64,000 nt of DNA, taken from the NCBI GenBank assembly GCA_951406725.2, contig OX597816.1, positions 16,182,001-16,246,000 of the forward strand, written 5' to 3'. Positions within the stretch are counted from its first letter, which is position 1. Each line of letters starts with the position of its first letter. This document shows, piece by piece, positions 52,796-64,000 of this stretch. The stretch is from Octopus vulgaris (Eukaryota). The notes beneath the pieces are model-generated. The model was not told the DNA's origin and did no database searches. It saw only the letters and a program-made list of their open reading frames with translations. The position numbers and the translations under genes are program-made.

Positions 52796-53444
52796 CGACG
52801 GGCTTCTTTCAGTTTCCGTCTACCAAATCTACTCACAAGGCTTTGGTCGGCCTGAGGCTATAGTAGAAGACACTTGCCCAAGGTGCCATGCACTGGGACT
52901 GAACCCAGAACCATATGGTTCGGAAGCAAGCTACCTTACCACACAGCCACTCCTGCGCCTATGTGTTATTTTCAGTTTTGTATAATTTAGATGACAGTTT
53001 ATTCACTGCACTCTGTATATATATATATATATACACACATACACACACACATATATATTCATACATATGCCTTTGTATATATGTGTGTTTTTCTGTCTGT
53101 TTGTATGTATGTGTGGGTGTGTGTAATGTACCTACATTTAAGCATAAAATATAATTCTTCTGCATAAACACCTGTAAATTATTCGTATTTATGGGTGCAA
53201 GCTATGGCAAGAGTGGAAGGCAAACTATAAAAAAGCAATAAAGGGGAAAAAAGACAACAAAAATTTACATCAAGGAAAGTGTGTGAAAATATATATACTT
53301 ATACACACAAATAAACTGGCAAATATATTCATATGCACTCGCATTTAAATTTGCTATACACACATATTTATGTATACATATATATGTACACATATATATA
53401 TATATACATATGTACACATGTATAAATATATATATATTTATATG

Positions 53445-53489
<45 letters not shown>

Positions 53490-53917
53490 TTATATGTATA
53501 TATATATATGTAAGAATGTATTGTGCTTGAGAAGACCTATTGAGTCAAGTATGTCATCATCAAAAGAAAAATCAAATAGAAATTGTAGTTGTGATACCTG
53601 TGCCAGTGGCATGTAAAAAGCACCATCCGAACATGGCCGATGCCAGCGCCGCCCCAACTGGCTTCTGTGCCGGTGGCACTTAAAAAGCACCAACTGATCG
53701 TGGCCACTGGCAGCCTCCCCTGGCACCTGTGCCGGTGGCACGTAAAAAGCACCCTCTACACTCATGGAGTGGTTGGCGTTAGGAAGGGCATCCAGCCGTA
53801 GAAACACTGTCAGATCAGACTGGAGCCTGGTGCAGCCTTTCTGGCTTCCCAGACCCCGGTCGAACTATGCAACCCATGCTAGCATGGAAAGCGGACGTTA
53901 AACGATGATGATGATGA

Positions 53918-53960
<43 letters not shown>

Positions 53961-54669
53961 CCGGTGGCATGTAAAAAGCACCAACTGATCGTGGCCGCTG
54001 CCAGCCTCCCCTGGCACCTGTGCCGGTGGCATGTAGAAAAAGCACCCACTACACTCATGGAGTGGTTGGCGTTAGGAAGGGCATCCAGCCGTAGAAACAC
54101 TGCCAGATCAGACTGGAGCCTGGTGCAGCCTTTCTGGCTTCCCAGACCCCGGTCGAACTATGCAACCCATGCTAGCATGGAAAGCGGACGTTAAACGATG
54201 ATGATGATGATGATGATGATGATATATATTTATATATATATATACACATACACACTTGCACCCACATATTTTTGTGTGTATAGATAAAGAAAAACTGAGA
54301 GTAGTACACAGCGAGTGTGAAAGAATTTTGCAAAACGCAGTTTACATAATGAAAAGAACTTAAGAATTTGCTTTCGCCTTTTCTGTATATTTTCTGTGTA
54401 GTTTTTTTATGTTCATGTTCAAATGATCAACCTTGTTTTATGGAGGTCCTCTATTGAGGTCTATGAATCACATTCAATGGTTAACATTTCGAGAAACAGG
54501 TACACCCAACTGACATTGTGTTTCATCAATGCTGTTTACTGCAGACCATTGACTGATGTATATTTTTGTGTATTTATTATTATTATTATTTTTTTTTGTT
54601 GTTGTTATTTTTAAAGACAAATGTGTACTGGATAACTTTTAGATTAGTATCAGCAAGATTGCATCTATG

Positions 54670-55647
54670 TTGGTATGTATGAGTGTGTGTGTGTGTGTGT
54701 AAGTGAGAGTGTGTATGTGAGTGGGGTGGTTGTGCAAGCATGTGTGTGTTTGTGTGTTCAGATGTGTGTGTGTGTGTGTATGCGAGAGTGTGTATGTGAG
54801 TGGGTGGTTGTGCATGTATGTGTGTGTGTTTGTGTGTTCAGATGTGTGTGTGTGTGTGTGTGCAGATGTTTGTGTATGTGTGAAGATGTCTGTGTGTATA
54901 ATTGCAAGTGTGAGTGTATGTTTGTGTGTGAAGATGTGTGTGTGTGCGTGTGTGTGTGTGCGCGCGTGCAGACATGTGTGAATTTGCAGGTGTGTGTATG
55001 TGTGTGTGAAAACAGATAAGTGTACATTTCCAGATGTATGTATGTGTGTGTATTTGTGTGTGTGTGTGTGTGTGTGTCTGTGTGTGTGTGTGCAGACATG
55101 TGTGAATTTGCAGATGTGTGTATGTGTGTGTGAAAACAGATGTGTGTGCATTTCCAGATGTATGTCTGTGTGTGTGTGTGCAGACATGTGTGAATTTGCA
55201 GATGTGTGTGTGTGTGTCTGTGCGGATGTTTGTGTATGTTTGAAGATGTCTGCGTATGTATAGGTGCAAGTGTGTGTGTATGTTTGTGTGTGTGTGCAGA
55301 CGTTTGTGTATGTGTGAAGTTGTGTGTGTCTGTGTGAATGTTTGTGTGTGCAAATTTTGTGTGCATATGTATAAATACAAGTGTGTGTATGTATGCTGAT
55401 GTGTGTGTGTGTGTAGATGTTTGTGCATGTGTGCAGATGTGTGTGTATGTGTTCAGATGTATGTGTATGTGTAAAGATGTATGTACGTGTGCAGATGTGC
55501 TGACTGTGTGAGTACAAGTGTGTGCTTGTGTATATATATATATATGTATGAGTATGTGTGTGCATGATTCAGTTTGTATGTATATATTTGAGTGTATGGT
55601 TGTGCATCTGTGAGTGAGCAGCTCTGCATGTGTGTGCCTATGTGTGT

Positions 55648-55722
<75 letters not shown>
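54670..55722. repeat. Degenerate (TG)n satellite with higher-order repeats
   Basis: gcagacatgtgtgaatttgcag recurs three times within ~1 kb of TG-rich sequence. Confidence 0.85.
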
Positions 55723-55723
<1 letters not shown>

Positions 55724-56602
55724 ATAGGTGTTTTTCTAGTTTTGTTTCTTGTATTTCTCATCAAAAAGGAGCTGATTTCAAATCTAGAAACAAGTTTTTT
55801 CATTGGAATTTTGACACCAATGGAAATAATTCATGTAAGATTGTATGCATTTATGAATGTATATTCAAAAGATATACTCATATACACACATGCATAAGTA
55901 TGTAAATATAAAAGCAATTACATGTACACATTTGTGTATGTACATATCTATACAATCATTCATGCATATACATATACTCTCTACTCTCTCTTTTACTTGT
56001 TTCTGTCATTTGACTGTGGCCTTGCTGGAGCACCGCCTTTAGTCGAGCAAATCAACCCTGGGACTTATTCTTTTGTAAGCCCAGTACTTATTCTATGGGT
56101 CTCTTTTGCCGAACCGCTAAGTAACGGGGACATAAACACACCAGCATCGGTTGTCAAGCAATGCTAGGGGGACAAACACAGACACATGAACACACACACG
56201 CATATATATATATACAACGGGCTTCTTTCAGTTTCCATCTACCAAATCCACTCACAAGGCTTTGGTCGGCCCGAGGCTATAGTAGAAGACACTTGCCCAA
56301 GGTGCCATGCAGTGGGACTGAACCCAGAACCATGTGGCTGGTTAGCAAGCTACTTACCACACAGCCACTCCTGCGCCTATACATATGCATATATATCATT
56401 AACTTTATGGATCTGTAATAGGATTTACATAACCAGTATTCTAACTTAAGTATGTATATACATATATATTTTGTGCTTATAGTTGTGTATATGCATTTTA
56501 TGCATACTAATCATTTTACATGTCATGCATATTTAGATTGTATTATTCATTGGGTTGCAGCTGTAACTTCCAAATTATGGATGTTCTTTCTGGTTTTGTA
56601 AT

Positions 56603-57135
56603 GTTAGTTAGTTAGTTAGTTAGTTAATTTTTGGGCTCAAAAAGCAAAAAGCAAGGCCATGTAGGGGGACATGGAGTTATGTACAGGGTGGTGTTCATGT
56701 AAAGAGTTCAAGCCACTTGTGGTCAAGGGAGACTTTGAACCGAGCGGTCGTTGGCATCTTCACCATCTCGTCCTGCAGCTTATTCCACGGATCTGCAACC
56801 CGGACGGAGAAAGCCCCTCTCTTTCAATTGAGATGAAATCGTCGCAGATAGAGCTTCTCAGAATGACCCCGCAGCCGACGCTCTGGAGCAGGAGTGAAGA
56901 ACAGCTCTTTCAAGAGGTTACTCTTTCCGCTTATGATATTGTGAGCAAGAATGAGATCACCACGGCATCGTCGTTTTTCTAGAGAATAAAGGTCGAGCGT
57001 CTTCAGCCTTTTTTCATAAGACAAATGCTTGAGACCAAGAACCATGCACGTAGCCAGCTTCTGGACTCTTTCGAGATGCTGTATATCTTTGAGGAGATAA
57101 GGAGAAGAGGCTTGAATCCCGTAATCCCAAGGTTC
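56603..57135 (-). mobile_element. CR1-group LINE 3' end with (TAAC)n tail
   Basis: LKHLSYEKRLKTLDLYSLEKRRCRGDLI...RLRGHSEKL, with (gtta)n at ~56603-56626. Confidence 0.85.
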
Positions 57136-57679
57136 TCAGGATTTGGTGTTGTGATTATTGTATGTATGTCTATTATTAGTGCCGGCATGGCTGCATGGTA
57201 AGATGTTTGCTTGACAACCACATGGTTCCAGGTTCAGTCCCATTGTGCAGGTCCTTGGGCAAATGTCTTCTACTATAGCTTTGGGCTAACCAAAGCTTGG
57301 TGGGTGGATTTGGTACATGAAAACTGAAAGGAAGTCCATCATTTATATATATGTATGTGCGTGTCATTGTGTCTGTGTTTGTCCCCACCACCACCAACAC
57401 CACCACCGCCACCACTTGACAACTGATGTTGGTGTGTTTACATCCCCCATAACTTAGCAGTTTGGCAAAAGAGACTGATAGAGTAAGTACCAGGTGTATA
57501 TAAAAAAAAAAATGTAATATGTACTGGGGGCAACTCATTTGATTAAAAATTCTTCAATGCCATGCTCCAGCATGGCCACAGTCTAATGACTGAAACAAGT
57601 AAAATATAGAAAATATATGTGTATTTGTGTTTGTGTGTGTATGGATGTTTCAGGAATGAAACGAGATAGCTTTATTTAG

Positions 57680-57940
57680 TTCACTACTTTAAACATGAAT
57701 TGGCATATTTCGGTCATATTATGCAGAAAAAATCCCTGGAGAAGGACATCATGCTCGGAATGGTCAGTGGCAAGAGAGGAAGAGGCCGACCAAGAACCCA
57801 CTGGCTTGACACCATCAAGAGTGATACCAGAATGGACATAGCCAGTCTGAAAGAAGCGGCCCAGGATAGAACTGACAGGAGGACACTGATCCAACGAGTA
57901 ACCGAGAGTCGACTTCAACTGAGCGGATAGATAGATAGAC
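57680..57940 (+). mobile_element. RTE-clade LINE 3' end
   Basis: YFGHIMQKKSLEKDIMLGMVSGKRGRGRPRTHWLDTIK followed by a (gata)n tail. Confidence 0.85.
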
Positions 57941-59643
57941 TTTAAACAACACAACACACACACACACACAAACACACATGGTTATGTATATATTATGTAT
58001 GATATCTTGCTGAAACTTTTGAAAGAGATGAACTTTATATCATAGCCAATTACTAAATACATATTTATAATTACTAAATACATCATCATCATCATCATCA
58101 TCATCGTTTAACGTCTGTTCTCCATGCTAGCATGGGTTGGACGGTTCGACCGGGGATCTGGGAAGCCAGAAGGCTGCATCAGGCTCCGGTCTTATCTGGC
58201 AATGTTTCTACAGCTGGATGCCCTTCCTAACGCCAACCACTTCATGAGTGTAGTGGGTGCTTTTTATGTGCCACCTGCACTGGAGCCAGGTGAGGCTGGC
58301 ATCGGCCACGGTTGGATTGGTGCATTTTACGTGCCACCTGCACAGAAGCCAGTCGAGGCGGCACTGGCTTCGGCCACAATTCGGATGGTGTTTTTACGTG
58401 CCACCGACACGGAAGCCAGTCGAGGCGGCGCTGGCATCGGCCACGATTCGGATAGTGCTTTTTACATATCTCCAGTCCAGGGGTCCTGGCATCTGCCAGG
58501 TGCCAGTCATAGGATTGGTTCAATTTCGATTCCGATTTCACTTGCCCCAGGTAAATACTTATATTACTTCATATGAAGATGTGAACTTATGTAGTAAAAT
58601 TCCCCTCTGTTTAATAATAAAAAAAATATACTTTATAAATAAATATCAATGTAAATTTAGTACATTGTGTTTTAACTAATATGCCTTTTATACATCTCTT
58701 GACTAACTTGATAGAGTCCCTTTGATATTGTACCCCCCCCCCAATATTAACATGTTTACACTCAAAGCCATGATCCTATTACTATTATGGAATGACCTGT
58801 AACTGTTCATGTTCATTTTTTGTTCTTGTTGCTTTTGCAATTAGGTGAAAGCATTAAGACCATCGTTACTGTATTTATTTTGAGGTGCCCTGTGTTCTGT
58901 CCAATCACTTTAAATATAACAGAGAATTAAGTAAAATAACTTAGTTATCATTAATCTAGTGTTAGGAACATAAATTGTGACTAAGGTTTGGTGGAAGATT
59001 TTAATTCAAAACTTATGAAAACAAGACATTTGTACTAAGAGCCAGAGCCGGTTTCAGCCAGGCTAGTAACAAAAGGGTTAAAAGAAATAAGAAAAAATAT
59101 TTTGTGACCTTGATCATTATGTGTTTAAATTCAGAACTATGGCTTTGTTATCACTATGGGAATGAACAATAAAATATTTACTGTCTTCGAAATTACTCAG
59201 CTAAAGTTGAAACCGGTAGGAAATGATCAATGCTTATTTACATTATACACTGTATTTTGAAATCATATAAAAGTTTTAATACATTTTCAATTTTATTCTC
59301 CTATGTCATGTGATTAGCAGGAATCTTTAAACTTTTTCTCTGAATCATGCCATACAAATTTCTGAAAATTCCATGTAAAGCAGAAACATTGTCCAAAAAA
59401 GAAAAAGAGATAATTCTTTGAAACTGCAGTGAATTTCTTATGTAATTACCCTTCCTCATAGAAAAAAACTGAAAGAATTTCACAGATTTACAAGGGGCTA
59501 TGCAGCAGAAAAAGAAAGAAAATAGACAAAAACTCAGATCAATCATAATGTAGAACTGTTATGCAAAAACATCCATTCAGAGAAGACCATCAAAGGATAA
59601 CAAGTTACAGAGACATTTGACAATATTCTCAGAGATACTACAC

Positions 59644-59719
<76 letters not shown>

Positions 59720-59915
59720 AAGAAGAATATGTTATATGTGGAATAAAAGCTTTGATTTGAAAGAAGTTTTTTTTTAAGCTTAGCAAAAGATATTGAAAGA
59801 AAGTGAGAAAGAAACAGGCAAAAGGTAAAAGCCGCTATGTATGTATGTATGTATGTATGTATGTATGTGTGTGTGTGTGTGTGTGTGTGTATGTATGCAT
59901 GAATTTACATGTGTG

Positions 59916-59958
<43 letters not shown>

Positions 59959-60142
59959 AGGATGCAATATGTTTATATACATACACATAGACACAATATA
60001 GTAATATGTTCATATATTTATATGTATGTATATGTAGGTGTTTGTGTGTGTGTGTGTGTCTATATGTATATCTATCTAACTTCCTATCTATATATATATA
60101 TATATATATATGATATATATATATATATATATATACTTACAA

Positions 60143-60186
<44 letters not shown>

Positions 60187-60188
<2 letters not shown>

Positions 60189-60555
60189 CGGGAAGCTTTA
60201 TGAAAATAAACAAAAGACGAAGGCAGGTGGAAAACAAACGAACAATTGTATTAGTATGGCGCTCAGGAAATATAAATAAAACAAGTCTTTAACGTTTCGA
60301 GCCTACGCTCTTCAACAGAAAGATACACAGAGAGAGAAAAACACAGAAAGAAGGAGAGAAAAAAATGCGTGCAGTAGCTAACGAATCAACATGGCGATCT
60401 GATTTCGGCCAGAGGTCAAAGATCAAACATGAGACGCGAGAGCGAAATAAGGGGAGATAATAGGGTTGATAAAAGGGTTGAGGGACCAGCTAAAAATGCG
60501 TGGGAGGGGTCTGGATGTGTGTATGTATAGGGTTGGTGTATGTATTAGTATGTAT

Positions 60556-60590
<35 letters not shown>

Positions 60591-61277
60591 AGAGAGTATT
60601 AGTGCGTAAGATTGGTCTGGACGTGCGTATGTATGGGGTTGGTGTATGTATTAGTATGTATTAGTATGTATTAGTACGTATTGGTATGTATAGGTGTGTG
60701 TGTGTGTGTGTGAGAGAGTATAAGTGCGTATGCGGGGTCTGGACGTGTGTATGTATAGGGTTGGTGTAAGTATTAGTATGTACTAGTATGTATTAGTACG
60801 TATTAGTAGGTATTAGTTGGTGTGTGTATTAGTATGGCACATCATATGTGATGTGATGTGTAAAGTCATGTGGTGTAGTGAGGAGAAGAGGGGGAGGGGG
60901 AGAAGAGGGGGAGGGAGAGAAGAGGGGGAGAGAAGGGGAGGGGAAGAAGAGGGGGAGGAGAAGGGGGGAGAGGAGAGGATGGGGGAGAAGGAAGGGGATG
61001 AGGGGGATGAAGGAGGAAAGAGGGAGAGGGGGAGAGAGAAGGGGAGAGAGGGAGTGAGGGAGCAGAGGGAAGGGGAAGAGGGAGGGAGAAAGAGGGAAGA
61101 AGGGAAGGGGAGTAGGGGTGAAAGGATGAAGGACTGAAGAAGTAGGGGTCGGGGGAGAAAGGATAGGTGAGGAGGGGGGTGAGGTTAGATGAGGAGGGGG
61201 GAGAGTTGAGACCAAATGGCGTATAAGAGCGAAGAGAGAAGATTAATTCCTGTTCACGGCGCAAACGGGAATCCGTT

Positions 61278-61278
<1 letters not shown>
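60187..61278 (-). mobile_element. Penelope-type non-coding repeat in (TA)n with HHR-like motif and purine tract
   Basis: Minus strand TTGAAGA-gcgtaggctc-GAAACGTT at 60291-60315; related to 17715-17865; aacgggaa at both ends. Confidence 0.45.
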
Positions 61279-61320
<42 letters not shown>

Positions 61321-61680
61321 ATTAATCACTGAAAAATCTTCTGCATACTTTGTGTTTTTTTTCTTTCTGAGTTCAGACCCTACTGAGTTCGTCTTTGCCT
61401 TTCATCCTTTTGGGGGTTTATAAAATAAAGTACCAGTGAAGTATGGGTGATGAGAGTATTGTCTTATTGTGCTGTATACTCAAATTTTGGAATTTGAACT
61501 CAGAATGTAAAGACGGATGAAATGCTGCTGAGCATTCAGCCTGGTGTGACAATGATTCTGCCAGCTTGCCACCTTATCTCTTCATAGAAAAATGAGAAAT
61601 AAAATAATCATCTATGCATTATACTTAATCTATATAAACCTTTGACAGGCAAGATACTGCTATTTTTGTCTGCTATAAAA

Positions 61681-61933
61681 TCTTTATATATAAAACTTAA
61701 GTTGTGTGTGTGAGAGTCTGTCTACTCCGATTTAGATTCCTAACTACTCCCACATTTTGCGGTGCAGTTTAACCAAAAGCGGGTATCTTATAGTCGTGAT
61801 TCATATCGAGCCCTTCTTGGTATTAGCACACGTCTACGATGAGTCTACGATTTAAAAAAAAAATTACCATCATTTTTTCGTTTTTTTAATGCATTTTTTA
61901 CTCGGTAAGTAAGTAACCGGGCGATACTGCTAG
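61681..61933 (+). mobile_element. Non-autonomous Helitron
   Basis: A|TCTTTATATATAAAA...CCGGGCGATACTGCTAG|T. Confidence 0.8.
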
Positions 61934-62196
61934 TCTCTTATAGATGTGATGTGTAACAAGCACAACATATATTGGAGGGAAATGAAAAATCATCCCCGTA
62001 GCAGTTACCAAGAATGCTAGATGCATTTTGGCCTTCCTGAGCAAAATCAATGACATTTACTTGCAGCTGCATGCCTAAACAGAAAAGTGAATAATGCATT
62101 CATTGACACTGCAAAAAGCTGCCAGGCTGAATAAAAATCCATTGTATGCAATTAATGCAGGATTAAATTTAAATAGCCATCTATGCTTCATATTTA

Positions 62197-62794
62197 TCTT
62201 TATATATAAAAGAGAGGTTGTGTGCTGTCTGTCTCCTACGATTTAGATTCCTAACTACTCCCACATTTTGCTGTGCAGTTTAACCAAAACCGGGTATCTT
62301 ATAGTCGTGATTCATATCGAGCCCTTCTGGGTATTAGCGCACGTCTACGATGAGTCTACGATTTTAAAAACAATTTGCCATCAATTTTTCCCATTTTTAA
62401 TGCATTTTTGGCATATATAAGGGAAGTAATTCTCTAAAAATTTATTATTAAATCTCAGAACGTAAAAAGCTACAGTAACACCCACCTTTGTGGTTAACCA
62501 TATTGAGATGGCTATTATACTTTACGGGCATGGCTGTGTGGTTAGGGAGCTTGCTTTCTAGCTACATGGTTTTGGGTTCAGTCCCACTGCGTGGCACTTT
62601 GGGTAGGTGTCTTCTGCTATAGCCCCGAGCCAACCGAAGCTTTGTGATTGAATTCGGCAGGCGGAAGTTACTGCCGTGTGTGTATATGTGCGTGTAGGTG
62701 CTTGTGCCTCTCCGAAAGAGAGAGAGGGATCTCTAAAAATGCTTATATAGTTATTTCCTTTACAAACCCGAGCAATGCCGGGCGATACTGCTAG
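62197..62794 (+). mobile_element. Non-autonomous Helitron containing a SINE head
   Basis: A|TCTTTATATATAAAA...CCCGAGCAATGCCGGG hairpin GATACTGCTAG|T. Body shared with 61681-61933; SINE fragment at ~62525-62700. Confidence 0.78.
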
Positions 62795-63026
62795 TTGGAT
62801 ATAAACTATTGATAGGCAAAATGCTGCAGTTTTCATCTGAGATAAAATTTCTTATTGGCATGTTGTCTTTAAAAACACTAATATTGCACAGAGGCAAAAG
62901 TTTGTCCCAGTAGCGGCTAGCAAGACTACCAGATAAATATTAGTCTTCTTAGGCCTTTTTAGTGCTGTATACTCAAAGTTACATACTTAGAGTTACGGTA
63001 ATATTTATATTTTTTTTATTTTTCAG

Positions 63027-63092
63027 TATCTTGAGCTGAGATTCAGTAAAGGTGTTCGAACAGCAGGGTCTATAACCTTCAGTGTTCAAATG
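63027..63092 (+). CDS. SLC5A8: SLC5 symporter, second coding exon (66 nt, YLELRFSKGVRTAGSITFSVQM)
   Basis: TTTTTTCAG acceptor and GTAAGT donor at 63093. Phase 0/0, and it continues ...SVYE|YLELRF..., the canonical SLC5 motif. Too short to appear in the ORF track. Confidence 0.92.
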
Positions 63093-64000
63093 GTAAGTTT
63101 TTCTTTTAAATTGTTATAAAATGTTTGTTATTTTCTGTATCAAAGCTTATTTGCTTGAAAGTAAAGTTAAATTTTTTTTCCTTCAAAGCTTTTGTTTAGG
63201 ATTTCTGGCTTTCACCCAGGCAGCTTGGCTTTGATTCCTGGCACAAGAACATTTATATTTTTAGGCACGGTAATAGGTGTGTAGTGATGAAGTGTGCATA
63301 TCAGCCATGTGGTTTCAGGTTCAGTCCCACTGCATGGTACCTTGGGCAAGTGTCTTCTACAATAGTTCTCGATCAACTAATGCTTCAAGAGTGAATTTGT
63401 GAGAAGGAAACTGTGTGGAAGCTTTTCACACACACACACATACATACTCACACACATACATGAAACAGGCTTCTTTCAGTTTCTGTTTGGACCAAATCCA
63501 TTCTCAAAGCTTTTGTCAGCCTCTGGTTATAGATTAGAAGACACTTGCTCAAAGTGCCAGGCAGTAGAACTGAACCTAAGACCATGTAGTTTGAAAGGGA
63601 ACTTCTTAACCATCATACTTCAGCAACATATTGAGAATTACGGTTATTATTCTCTTATCTGTGGAATGATGGACCATTTATTTGCTCCCTCATAGAGTAG
63701 GTACTTATACTCTCACTCAACGAGGAGCTACTTAGATGCTAATGAGTAAGCATTTAGTTCAACCACTTATATTTTAACTCAATGAAAATTTACTGACCAA
63801 ATTGACAGAGATCAAGTTTTGAATATGTATGTGTGTCATCATCATCATCATCATCATCATCGTCATTTAACATCTGCTTTCCAAGGTGGCATTGGTTGGA
63901 CGATTTGACTGAGGACTGTCAAGCCAGAAGGCTGTACCAGGTCCCAATCTGATCTGGCAAAGTTTCTACAGCTGGATGCCCTCCCTAATGCCAACCGCTC

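Noticed and set aside
54639-55905. His/Thr- and Cys/Val-rich ORFs
   Set aside because: Products of (TG)n satellite sequence.

Overview
Eukaryotic, AT-rich, extremely repeat-dense genomic DNA. The SINE families and microsatellite load look like an octopus (coleoid cephalopod) genome; this is inferred from repeat content. The only host gene I can support is the 5' part of an SLC5 sodium/solute symporter (SMCT/SMVT/NIS subfamily) on the + strand, with coding exons at 44220-44579 and 63027-63092 separated by an 18.4-kb intron. The rest is a mix of tRNA-derived SINEs, LINE fragments (CR1, RTE, R4/Dong), Penelope-like elements, Helitrons, a Buster/Charlie hAT remnant, Chapaev-like and Tc1/mariner remnants, MITEs and microsatellites. 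The most unusual signal is a set of hammerhead-ribozyme (HHR) elements: (1) a ~420-codon ORF1/gag-like zinc-knuckle ORF with no reverse transcriptase, followed by a polyA signal and a complete type I HHR; (2) a 341-bp terminally redundant retrozyme-like unit; and (3) a tRNA-headed, HHR-tailed element present as a fold-back insertion with a target-site duplication. All family calls come from motif recognition by eye, and repeat boundaries are approximate unless termini are quoted.
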